Made by a program: the position numbers and the translations under genes. From a virus, in IMG/VR virus record IMGVR_UViG_3300031414_000008, positions 64,001 through 128,000 of that record: a stretch of DNA of 64,000 nucleotides, one strand, 5' to 3'. Shown here in pieces: positions 46,754 through 55,175 of the stretch (position 1 is its first letter; the number at the start of each line of letters is the position of its first letter). Below the pieces are notes generated by a model that was not told the origin of the DNA, ran no database searches, and was given only the letters and a program-made list of their open reading frames with translations.

Positions 46754-47017
46754 ATGACCGTAAAGACTAATATTCGCGTCACACGGATCAAAAACAACTG
46801 GCATTCCCGTTTGTTCGTCAACGGGTTGCTGGTTGACGAGATGTCGTGTAAACTGAAAGAAGACATCGGTTGGTGTTGCCGTACGATGATGCGGTGGGCC
46901 GATAAGATGGGTAGGGGCAATGCTCATACCTCCAGTGCTCGACACCGCAATGTAGGCGGTCCTGTCGGGCAGGTGAAGTACCTAGGTAAATATATTACGG
47001 AGAAAATCATGCTGTAG
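46754..47017 (+). CDS. hypothetical protein, ends at the TAG shared with the Pth2-like frame
   Basis: 87 aa ORF. Confidence 0.6.
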   Translation: MTVKTNIRVTRIKNNWHSRLFVNGLLVDEMSCKLKEDIGWCCRTMMRWADKMGRGNAHTSSARHRNVGGPVGQVKYLGKYITEKIML

Positions 47018-47341
47018 AACAAACACTGGATTTACACTTTCGTTCGTTACGATCTGCCACTCGAGCAGATTCTCGTTCAGTCCAACCATGCCTCTCACGA
47101 AGGCGCCCTGAAGTACCCTTACACCTCCGCAGAACCGAACTCGCTGATCGTCATTGGCGTGAAGAACAAGGCCGCCCTCGAGAAGGCCCTGGATCGCTAC
47201 GCCCATTTTGACCCCACGCCTTTCTACGAACCCGACTGGGATTACGGCTTAACGGCCTTCACTACTCGTCCGGTCACGGCAGAAGAACGTGCAGAATTCC
47301 GCAAGTATCAGCTCTTCCGGGGGTCACATGTACGCAACTAA
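47009..47341 (+). CDS. peptidyl-tRNA hydrolase 2 (Pth2)-like protein with in-frame TAG at codon 3
   Basis: GGAG-6nt-ATG CTG TAG, then an open frame WIYTFVRYDL..VQSNHAS..LIVIGV..FYEPD..LTAFTTRP. Confidence 0.75.
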
Positions 47342-47864
47342 TCTTCCCGACCTCATCGCTCGGATGGAAGCCTGTGAGCAGACCTCCGGACTCTCCGTTC
47401 TGGAACACGGCCATATGGTCCACGAGAGCTACCTACAGCTCGTCCAAGAGCTCGAGCAAGGCGTTGGTCCGGTTACGCTCCAGAACCTCTGGGAGTGGCT
47501 TAGAGAGCGTCTGGTGAGCCCTGATGAAATCCGTACGTACCAGATCTACCACGACTGCGGTAAGCCCGTGTGTGCCCGCGATGGCCACTTCCCAGAGCAT
47601 GCAAAGCACTCGTGTAAGCAGTGGGCAGCGATCTACGGGAACGGGACAGTCTCCCGACTCATGGGTCTCGACATGTGCTTCCACTTAATGAACGCCGCCC
47701 AGGCTTCGACCTTCTGGAAGAACCCGCTCGCCCCTACGCTCTACGTCACGGCATGGGCCGAGATCCGAGCGAATGCCGGGATGTTCGGCGGTGAGGACTC
47801 CGTGTCATTCAAGAAGAAGCGTAAGCGCCTGGAGCGTGCCGGCCGTGCTCTAAAATTAGGGTGA
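47328..47864 (+). CDS. HD-domain phosphohydrolase-like protein
   Basis: LEHG..YHDCGKP..HFPEHA..S. Confidence 0.7.
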   Translation: MYATNLPDLIARMEACEQTSGLSVLEHGHMVHESYLQLVQELEQGVGPVTLQNLWEWLRERLVSPDEIRTYQIYHDCGKPVCARDGHFPEHAKHSCKQWAAIYGNGTVSRLMGLDMCFHLMNAAQASTFWKNPLAPTLYVTAWAEIRANAGMFGGEDSVSFKKKRKRLERAGRALKLG

Positions 47865-47876
47865 ACAGGAGGGACT

Positions 47877-48215
47877 ATGAACTTTTCACCTTTGATTCTT
47901 GAGAGTATGGGCTACCACTGGGTGACCCGGGCGCCGCTCGTGTACAACCGTGACACAGAGGTCATCACCGTTCCGGAAGGCTTCTCGACAGATCTTGCGT
48001 CCGTCCCGAAAGCACTCTGGGCCGTGATGCCACCGTTCGGCAACCATACGAAGGCAGCGGTGCTACACGACTACCTGTACGGTCAAGGCCTGCGTCCACG
48101 TAAGCAGTGCGATGAGATCTTCCTCGAAGCCATGGCTCTGATGGGCGTATCGAAGACGCGGCGTTACTTGATGTACTGGGCAGTTCGAGCCTTTGGTTCA
48201 AAAGCTTACGGATAA
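47877..48215 (+). CDS. DUF1353 family protein
   Basis: VPEGFSTDLASVP..PPFG..AAVLHDYLY..MYWAVRAFG. Confidence 0.85.
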   Translation: MNFSPLILESMGYHWVTRAPLVYNRDTEVITVPEGFSTDLASVPKALWAVMPPFGNHTKAAVLHDYLYGQGLRPRKQCDEIFLEAMALMGVSKTRRYLMYWAVRAFGSKAYG

Positions 48216-48217
48216 TG

Positions 48218-48246
48218 TTGACAGGTCAAGGACGACCTGATATCTT
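48218..48246 (+). promoter_or_regulatory. sigma70-type promoter upstream of the suppressor tRNA
   Basis: TTGACA-17-TATCTT, with a CAGGTC/GACCTG palindrome in the spacer. Confidence 0.6.
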
Positions 48247-48314
48247 TAGACCATCAATTGAGCCTCCAAGCGGTTGATGACCTCAAGGTCTGGGACGAGC
48301 ATCCCGGCCTTTCT

Positions 48315-48389
48315 GCCTGAGTAGCTGAGCGGTTTAGCAGGAGCCTCTAAAACTCTGGAACGTGGGTTCGAATCCCACCTCAGGCACCA
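48315..48389 (+). tRNA. amber suppressor tRNA (anticodon CTA)
   Basis: GCCTGAG/CTCAGGC-A-CCA, GGAGC-CTCTAAA-ACTCT, canonical T arm. Confidence 0.88.
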
Positions 48390-48391
48390 AA

Positions 48392-48593
48392 TCTAGTGTG
48401 TAGCTTAAATGTAAAAGCCTGGAGAATCTAAGTGCCCGTCATGGCGACGTGGAATACTGGACGAACTGCAGAGATGGTGACAACGAAATGTCATCCACAC
48501 GTGGCGGGTAGTTCAACGTAAGAACGCGAAAGTACCCAGGTCGTGGAGACTTGAGTATGGACGAAATGAGAGTGACGTAACACCTCTCCGCCA
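48392..48593 (+). ncRNA. candidate ~200 nt structured RNA with tRNA-like pieces
   Basis: two D-arm-like motifs, TGGCGG/CCGCCA pairing, GCCA end, no ORF. Confidence 0.4.
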
Positions 48594-48600
48594 GATATTC

Positions 48601-48678
48601 GGGTGTGTAGCTCAGCTGGTTAGCAGCATCGGACTTTTAATCCGAGGGTCGTAGGTTCGAAGCCTACCACACCCACCA
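48601..48678 (+). tRNA. tRNA-Lys(TTT)
   Basis: loop CTTTTAA, CCA. Confidence 0.93.
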
Positions 48679-48680
48679 CC

Positions 48681-48757
48681 GCACTTGTAGCTCAGTGGAT
48701 TAGAGCGCCCCGCTACGGACGGGGAGGTCGAGGGTTCGAATCCTTCCTGGTGCACCA
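48681..48757 (+). tRNA. tRNA-Arg(ACG)
   Basis: loop CTACGGA, CCA. Confidence 0.92.
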
Positions 48758-48818
48758 CTTCCCAATCTCCGGATTCCTTGGTATAATAAACATACCGTCC
48801 ACTACCCGGAGTTTTCCC

Positions 48819-49022
48819 ATGAAAGACAAATTCGGCAATCCGCTTAATCACGGAGACACTGTCGTCTATTTCTCAACGAATCTGTACCACACGGCCCATA
48901 TCGGGATTTACCAGGAGGAAGTTCCTGGGAAAGGCGTCCGCCTCATCTCTGAGAAGGGCAATCCGATTCACCGTCCGGCCAACACCCTTATCGCTTACAC
49001 AGGGATCAATCCTAACTCATGA
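48819..49022 (+). CDS. KOW/SH3-like small protein, paralog 1
   Basis: DKFGNPLNHGDTVVY. Confidence 0.65.
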   Translation: MKDKFGNPLNHGDTVVYFSTNLYHTAHIGIYQEEVPGKGVRLISEKGNPIHRPANTLIAYTGINPNS

Positions 49023-49206
49023 GATTCTACGCGAAGGACGAGCTCAAGCCGCTCATTCAGTACCGCGGAGAGTCTGATCATACGGAGTGGGCTCTGTGGA
49101 TCGGCGATATTTTTATCATCCAGAAAGACGGCGGACCTTTCCGCATGCAGCACCCGGACGATGACCTTGGTCTACCCGTCTTCAAACCCTATAAGGATCC
49201 CGTACT

Positions 49207-49473
49207 ATGATGTTCTCGTATCACCGTAACGGTAAAGAGGAGGATATCCTCGATAAGTCAGAGTTGGTCGTCGGCCAGACCTACAAGGGCCGCTGCCGGA
49301 ATGCCACTGAGGCAGTCTGGAACGGTAAGCAGTTCGAGTATCAACGTACGAAGTTCACCTTCACGTACACCGACTACATCAACCATCCCGAAGACGACAA
49401 CGGCTTCGACGTGTTCATGCCATTACGGAGGCTCAATGAAGGACTGTCAGGGGAAACCTGTCCATCTGAATGA
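49207..49473 (+). CDS. hypothetical protein
   Basis: 88 aa ORF. Confidence 0.55.
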   Translation: MMFSYHRNGKEEDILDKSELVVGQTYKGRCRNATEAVWNGKQFEYQRTKFTFTYTDYINHPEDDNGFDVFMPLRRLNEGLSGETCPSE

Positions 49474-49651
49474 CATCGTGGTGACCGGTTGGAACGGTGG
49501 GGACTTAGTCCCCGGCCGTGTTATCGCCATCGGTCCGAATCGCTGTCGTCTTTTAGTTGAAGAACCGCACGCGGCGAACCGCAAGGTTTACCGCCACAGC
49601 TCACAAGTGAGTCTCACAGGAGATAAATATGTTCCAGGACCGAGTGAATAA
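49436..49651 (+). CDS. KOW/SH3-like small protein, paralog 2
   Basis: DCQGKPVHLNDIVV. Confidence 0.6.
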   Translation: MKDCQGKPVHLNDIVVTGWNGGDLVPGRVIAIGPNRCRLLVEEPHAANRKVYRHSSQVSLTGDKYVPGPSE

Positions 49652-49823
49652 CCCGCTAACGATCGGTGATCGTGTAGCCTACAGTGTCAGTGACCGTTCG
49701 ACCCGTCTCGGCGTCGGCCACATTCAGTCATTCACCCCGAAGCGTGTCCGTGTGCAGGATGAACGCACCGGCTCCGTTTCAGATCATCAGGCAGACCGTA
49801 TCGTGAAGGTGCCTCATGCATAG
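49629..49823 (+). CDS. KOW/SH3-like small protein, paralog 3
   Basis: DRVNNPLTIGDRVAY..FTPKRVRV. Confidence 0.7.
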   Translation: MFQDRVNNPLTIGDRVAYSVSDRSTRLGVGHIQSFTPKRVRVQDERTGSVSDHQADRIVKVPHA

Positions 49824-50019
49824 TGATCAGCGGGGCATCCCGCTTGAGGTCGGTGACACCGTCGTGTGGTCTTCGATGGAAACGGCCGGTGTCGATATTG
49901 GAACAGTCGTCGGGTTCACCCCGAAGAAGATCCGTGTTCGCGGGCTTACTCAGCATCCAGATTATTCCCGGCTGAAAGAGCCGATGTATATACTCAAAGT
50001 GGAGCTTCCAAATGCATAA
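49816..50019 (+). CDS. KOW/SH3-like small protein, paralog 4
   Basis: DQRGIPLEVGDTVVW..FTPKKIRV. Confidence 0.7.
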   Translation: MHSDQRGIPLEVGDTVVWSSMETAGVDIGTVVGFTPKKIRVRGLTQHPDYSRLKEPMYILKVELPNA

Positions 50020-50200
50020 TGACGCAACGGGTAAACCCCTCGCCATCGGCGATAAGGTTGTGTACGCAGGCAGTTACCGTGCCAATCTCCGTCAGGGGTG
50101 GGTCTCGGACTTCACACCTAAGCGTGTGCGTATCACGTACGAAGAAAACGGTCAGGGCGGCGTGATCAAAGATCCTCTGCAAATCGCGAAGGTAGAATGA
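50012..50200 (+). CDS. KOW/SH3-like small protein, paralog 5
   Basis: DATGKPLAIGDKVVY..FTPKRVRI. Confidence 0.7.
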   Translation: MHNDATGKPLAIGDKVVYAGSYRANLRQGWVSDFTPKRVRITYEENGQGGVIKDPLQIAKVE

Positions 50201-50388
50201 TGGACTTCTTTGGACAAACTCTCTGTGTCGGCGATCGCGTCGCCTTCGTGACCAACAAGGGGTATCTCCGGACGGCTCAGATCCTCTCGTTCTCCGGTGT
50301 TGCCCCTCACCAAACGGTTCACCTCATGACTGACAAGAACCGTAAAACCCAAGCCCCTGCCAGCTACGTCATCAAGGAGCCACTATGA
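50197..50388 (+). CDS. KOW/SH3-like small protein, paralog 6
   Basis: DFFGQTLCVGDRVAF. Confidence 0.7.
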   Translation: MMDFFGQTLCVGDRVAFVTNKGYLRTAQILSFSGVAPHQTVHLMTDKNRKTQAPASYVIKEPL

Positions 50389-50606
50389 AAGTGGATGCCA
50401 TGGGTCAGACCCTTGAAGTCGGACAGGTAGTGCTCGTCCCGTCAGCGAAGGTCGGTAACGACTCCGGCCTACGGTTCGGCGTCATCAAGAGCATCGGAGA
50501 GGTTCGGGTCGTGATCACGCCACTGGCAGATCACCCTAAGCGTGTCCGTGCTCCTCGTAACGGCACCCAGCGTTACTTCGAGGACGTCCTCGTCGTTCAA
50601 CTGTAA
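50385..50606 (+). CDS. KOW/SH3-like small protein, paralog 7
   Basis: DAMGQTLEVGQVVLV. Confidence 0.7.
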   Translation: MKVDAMGQTLEVGQVVLVPSAKVGNDSGLRFGVIKSIGEVRVVITPLADHPKRVRAPRNGTQRYFEDVLVVQL

Positions 50607-50657
50607 GCCCGGCATGGGGTATAAGTAATGTGACAACAACCACAGGAGCTTTACCCC

Positions 50658-51398
50658 ATGCGTATTCAACTCAATCCTCAAGACCGTTTCATCTTCCACT
50701 CGGCTGTCGCCGCTCAGGACATCCAGTTCATCCTCAATGACCTGAACTCTCAGCTCTTCTACGACACGCCGAATTCGCTCTCGACGGGCATACTCGGCAA
50801 TCACTTACTCAACCCAATACCGATGGGTAACGGCAACCCGTATACTCTGCCGTACTCCACTATCGAGTTCGATACGTCCTTACTCCTCGATCCGACGATC
50901 ACGGTCCAGGCCGAGTCTCTCTTCGATGGCTTCCGCATCTTCTTCCTCCACTCCGATGGATTCTTCACGAACTGCACGCTGTACCTCGAATTCGATTCGT
51001 ACCTGACGCTTCGCAACTTCGGAATCTCATTCGGTCCGTTCGCGAAGTCTCACCCGCACGAACGTCGCATGGTCATGAATGCGGCCTTCATCGATCTGCC
51101 AACAATCCTCGGCTACATCGTGGATACCAACTCCCGTAACCGCATCCCTTTCACCCTCGGTGAACCGCGTCAGTACAACGTTCTGGATAATCACGATTCC
51201 CAACCGGTTCAGAATCTCGGCGACATCCGTCAGATCACGAACCCACGTGACAATCCGACCGGTATCACCAAGCGCCCTCATGAACGTGCAGGCCACACCC
51301 GCCAGTTAGCAGATGGCCGCATCATCGACGTTTCGCCGACCACGGTGCACCGCGATGACTTCGAAGGTGACGATCGTCCTAAAATTATCAAACACTAA
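50658..51398 (+). CDS. hypothetical protein with C-terminal HxRxGHxR motif
   Basis: PHERAGHTRQLADG; follows a GGTATAAGTA motif. Confidence 0.65.
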   Translation: MRIQLNPQDRFIFHSAVAAQDIQFILNDLNSQLFYDTPNSLSTGILGNHLLNPIPMGNGNPYTLPYSTIEFDTSLLLDPTITVQAESLFDGFRIFFLHSDGFFTNCTLYLEFDSYLTLRNFGISFGPFAKSHPHERRMVMNAAFIDLPTILGYIVDTNSRNRIPFTLGEPRQYNVLDNHDSQPVQNLGDIRQITNPRDNPTGITKRPHERAGHTRQLADGRIIDVSPTTVHRDDFEGDDRPKIIKH

Positions 51399-51434
51399 CT
51401 TGACAGTCTCTGGGCTCCGTGTAATACTGGGCCC

Positions 51435-51507
51435 AGATGATTAGCTCAGTTGGGAGAGCGGCTCCCTTACAAGGAGTAGGTCAACAGTTCGATCCTGTTA
51501 TCATCTA
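51435..51507 (+). tRNA. tRNA-Val(TAC), no encoded CCA
   Basis: loop CTTACAA. Confidence 0.88.
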
Positions 51508-51508
51508 T

Positions 51509-51584
51509 TGGGGAGTAGCTCAGTTGGTAGAGCGTTCGACCGATAATCGAAAGGTCGCGAGTTCGAGCCTCGCCTCTCCAACCA
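51509..51584 (+). tRNA. tRNA-Ile(GAT)
   Basis: loop CCGATAA (C33), CCA. Confidence 0.88.
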
Positions 51585-51586
51585 AT

Positions 51587-51661
51587 GCACGATTCGTCTA
51601 TCGGTTAGGACACCACTCTTTCACAGTGGGAAGAGGAGTTCAATTCTCCTATCGTGTACCA
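51587..51661 (+). tRNA. tRNA-Glu(TTC)
   Basis: loop CTTTCAC, CCA. Confidence 0.92.
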
Positions 51662-51663
51662 CC

Positions 51664-51739
51664 GCCTCGGTAACTCAGTTGGTAGAGTTCCCGACTCTTA
51701 ATCGGAGAGCCGCTGGTTCGAGTCCAGCCCGGGGCACCA
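51664..51739 (+). tRNA. tRNA-Lys(CTT)
   Basis: loop CTCTTAA, CCA. Confidence 0.92.
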
Positions 51740-51792
51740 CTTTTTTAGCTTCCTTCTGGTATAAGTAAGATGTAAACCTTAAGGAACATCTT

Positions 51793-52239
51793 ATGCAGAA
51801 AATCTACATTCACTCTCCTGATGTAAAAATCCACGATCCTCAAGGCCGACTGGTCGAACACATTGCCGTCTACGACACACAGCTTGGCTATGACTATCTC
51901 CTGTCGCTCCGCCTCTCTGGCCGTGACCAGAAGAAAGTCGAACGCGTCAAAACCGCTCTGTACCAATTCCTGAACCACTGGGAGGACGGCGAGCGTCGCA
52001 TTACCGTGACCTTCGGTCAGTTCACTATGTCATCTTACGAACCGGAATTCATTGAGAATGAACCGGGATTGATTCACATCGGTACCCGTCCGGCTAACCC
52101 GGAGAAGGAAATCTACGCAGCGATGGGTAAGCTCCAGCGTGCCCTGAACTACAAGTCCCCCAACGCAGCCGCCCTCTATCAAGAGCTGCAAGACACCATC
52201 AAGAAGTATCCAACCTTTCAAATCAAGGATAAAGCATGA
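51793..52239 (+). CDS. hypothetical protein
   Basis: 148 aa ORF after a GGTATAAGTA motif. Confidence 0.6.
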   Translation: MQKIYIHSPDVKIHDPQGRLVEHIAVYDTQLGYDYLLSLRLSGRDQKKVERVKTALYQFLNHWEDGERRITVTFGQFTMSSYEPEFIENEPGLIHIGTRPANPEKEIYAAMGKLQRALNYKSPNAAALYQELQDTIKKYPTFQIKDKA

Positions 52240-52595
52240 ACGTACAAATCAAAGTAAACGGCCTGGGTAAAGTTGATTTCTTCCTGCGTCATTACGGCTG
52301 GGTCCGTGACCCGCAGATTGAAGTGTGCGGCCAGGACGATCAGGATAACTGCTTCGGCCAGGTCACTCAGTTCTTCCAAGGCCTGCAACCGATGCCTTTC
52401 GAGAATGTGAACGAAGAGTTCGTGACCGCCGCGGAGAAGGACATCGAGAATGCCCTCGAGCAGTATCTCCTGGATGGAAAAGAGGTGAACTACGTGGACA
52501 CCATTCACGTCAACATCCGCCCGGTACCGAAGTCCTCCCGTGACTCAACCCCTGAAGAAATCCGGGCGTTCATGAACGGGGAGTTGGCAGTATGA
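52236..52595 (+). CDS. hypothetical protein
   Basis: 119 aa ORF. Confidence 0.6.
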   Translation: MNVQIKVNGLGKVDFFLRHYGWVRDPQIEVCGQDDQDNCFGQVTQFFQGLQPMPFENVNEEFVTAAEKDIENALEQYLLDGKEVNYVDTIHVNIRPVPKSSRDSTPEEIRAFMNGELAV

Positions 52596-52848
52596 TCTAC
52601 GTATTAACCATTCGCAACAAGGATGCCAAAGTCTCTTACAAAGGGGCTCCTTTGAACAAGCTCGTGTTCGAGTTCGTGGCTCCGGACCGTGACGTGGCAG
52701 GAGCGGCCATTCGTGAAGTACTTCACGAATGCAAGGCGGAAGACCCGTATGTTCACCGCGAGTTCAACGATGCGATCGAAGAGACGCACTACGCTGAATC
52801 ATACAACTGCAATCATCTTGGCGTGCAAATCGACTGGAAGGAAGTTTC

Positions 52849-53304
52849 ATGACTGACTTAACGTACTTCATTATGTCTGGCCTGTTCTATGGCTACTCGA
52901 AGGAAGCAATTCACGCGTACCTAATGCGTCGCGGTGATGTCGAGACTATGAACGTCAGTGACTTGTCCCCAAGTGCCATGGGTACCGTGTTTGAAGGCAC
53001 AGGGTTTATCCCTTCTGCCCGTGAACTGGCAATGACGCCAGAGGAGGTGACTTCAGAGGTAAACTCTCGTAGAATATGCTCAGTACCCTTCCCGAATGAC
53101 GGAGCCTTTGACCAAGAATTCGATGCGTTCGTAGAGAACCCACCGGAGGACATCGAAGACCGTATTCTCGAAGTGCTGCTGTATCTAAAGGAGAATACCT
53201 ATGAATCATATCTGCGTGCTAACGCTGAACGGCGGCGCCGAGGTGACCTACCAGCTGGACGAACTGAACAAAGCTCGCCTGGCCCTGGAGTTCCGCGGCA
53301 CTGA
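52849..53304 (+). CDS. hypothetical protein
   Basis: 151 aa ORF. Confidence 0.55.
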   Translation: MTDLTYFIMSGLFYGYSKEAIHAYLMRRGDVETMNVSDLSPSAMGTVFEGTGFIPSARELAMTPEEVTSEVNSRRICSVPFPNDGAFDQEFDAFVENPPEDIEDRILEVLLYLKENTYESYLRANAERRRRGDLPAGRTEQSSPGPGVPRH

Positions 53305-53539
53305 CCTCAGTGAGATTGCCTCAGCAGCGATGCTGAAGCTGGGTGCCATCAAACCTCTTCCGGCCACGGCCAAGAAGAAGCAGATGGTTGTTGTAGCGTC
53401 ACAGGTTCTGAACCAGACGCTCGACCACCTGAAGAACCGTCCGGAAGCGACACTCTCCCTGTCCGGAGACGTTGGTGCTGAATGGCGTGTCTACAACGTG
53501 CCCGAATTCAATCTCTACGACCAGACCATCAAGGTCTAA
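53201..53539 (+). CDS. hypothetical protein
   Basis: 112 aa ORF followed by a terminator. Confidence 0.55.
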   Translation: MNHICVLTLNGGAEVTYQLDELNKARLALEFRGTDLSEIASAAMLKLGAIKPLPATAKKKQMVVVASQVLNQTLDHLKNRPEATLSLSGDVGAEWRVYNVPEFNLYDQTIKV

Positions 53540-54050
53540 CCAAGGCCCACTTCGGTGGGCTTTTTCTTTAGGTGATCTATGAAGCGAGAAATCAATGATG
53601 TAACAGATCCAGGCTCTTGTTGTCCCGGCCACGACACTTTCCCAGGGGACACGTACCGCAGCAACCGCTCTAAGCAAGCACGATCAAGAGATATCAAAAA
53701 GGAACATCGCCATGTCCGACGGGTTAAGAAACACCGTCTTCGCAACACTCCGAGTGAAATCATCGCAGGGTCTGATCTGGAAGGGAGAATACCGCGGTTC
53801 AGAAACGCAAGCACGACAGTGGATTGCCGATCACTTGAAGGTGATTCCTATTCCTGAGCCGCTAGCCCGCGTCCGGGCCTCTGCTGCCCTGCACAATTAC
53901 CGTGATTACCACACCGCTCGCGTGCACCGCACGTCCGTGGAGTTCGGGATCACTCCGCACGATTATCCTTCAATAATTAACGAAACGATGGTATAAATAA
54001 GGTGTGACGAATGGCGTCACACCAATTAACTTAGCTAAGGAATTTTTATC

Positions 54051-54509
54051 ATGGGTTTACTGAAAATGTTCGGCCGTAAAGCAGGTAACGCAGTTGCAGA
54101 AGCTAGCAACAAAATCGTCCGTATGGAAAACAAAGATCTGGTCGAAGGCGTTGTTTACGGCTGTGTGTTCATGGCTCACGCCGACGGTGACCTGGAAGAC
54201 TCAGAGATGGACAACCTGCAGAAGCAGATCAACGCGAACGAAATCTTCGACGGCTTCCCTAAGCAGGAGCTGGGCAAAATGATCGACCGTGCAGTTGCCT
54301 TCTATGATGTTGGCAAGCTGATGGGTGACAAAAAGTGCCTGAAACAGATTTCCGAAGTTGTTAAGAACCCAGAGTGGGCTGACGAAGTGATGATGGCAGT
54401 CATGACCATTGCTGCTTCAGACGGTGACGTTGAACCTGCTGAAGTGAAAGCCGGTGAAGCGATCGCTAAGACCCTGGGCGTGAAATTCAGCGACTACTAT
54501 GTTGCATAA
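54051..54509 (+). CDS. TerB-like protein
   Basis: two helical repeats AHADGDLEDSE and AASDGDVEPAE...IAKTLG. Confidence 0.8.
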   Translation: MGLLKMFGRKAGNAVAEASNKIVRMENKDLVEGVVYGCVFMAHADGDLEDSEMDNLQKQINANEIFDGFPKQELGKMIDRAVAFYDVGKLMGDKKCLKQISEVVKNPEWADEVMMAVMTIAASDGDVEPAEVKAGEAIAKTLGVKFSDYYVA

Positions 54510-54663
54510 CGGCAAGCTGCTGCTTGCAGCGGTGTTCGCTGTGCTCGCGATCTTCGTGGATTTCACGAGCAAACTCTTCTCTGTGGTTTCGGATGGTATC
54601 CTGATTGGTGCTGCTGCATTTTTAGTGTGGCAGTTCGTCAAGGGCCAGAAGAAGCCGCAGTAA
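54499..54663 (+). CDS. small membrane protein coupled to the TerB-like gene
   Basis: 54 aa hydrophobic ORF (VDFTSKLFSVVSDG). Confidence 0.55.
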   Translation: MLHNGKLLLAAVFAVLAIFVDFTSKLFSVVSDGILIGAAAFLVWQFVKGQKKPQ

Positions 54664-54704
54664 TCCAAGCCCCTTCGGGGGCTTTTCTTTTTTAGGGGCA
54701 AATC

Positions 54705-55175
54705 ATGGAACTTATCTTTAACGACGGCAACGTTGAACTGGCCGAGCACATTCCTCATAAGAACGAAAACATGGGCAAGATCCGCCTGGTCCGTAACGGG
54801 GATACCGAGGGCATCTGGGTCATGTTCTCCGACGCCGACAAGAAGAAGTACGACGATGACTCTCTGCGGGGTGAGACGGTGATCGCGGCCCTGTGCAACC
54901 AATCCCTGGCAGGTGTGCCTTGGGGTGCGTACGTGAAGGTCACCCTGGATGGCGAGAACCGTCCGAAGTGCGTGTGTGAAGACGTCTTCGGCGACGACCC
55001 AACGTTCTTCTATCCGGACTGGGCGTCAGAGAAAGTCTGTGAGCATTTCGCTCAGCAGCTGCAGGCGAACAAGTATAAACTAGACGATGACATGCGTGCG
55101 TACTTGATCCCTCACATCGCGAACGCACCAGAAAGCGACGTAACTGCAGCACTTAAACAACTACTGGAGCAATAA
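54705..55175 (+). CDS. hypothetical protein
   Basis: 156 aa ORF. Confidence 0.6.
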   Translation: MELIFNDGNVELAEHIPHKNENMGKIRLVRNGDTEGIWVMFSDADKKKYDDDSLRGETVIAALCNQSLAGVPWGAYVKVTLDGENRPKCVCEDVFGDDPTFFYPDWASEKVCEHFAQQLQANKYKLDDDMRAYLIPHIANAPESDVTAALKQLLEQ

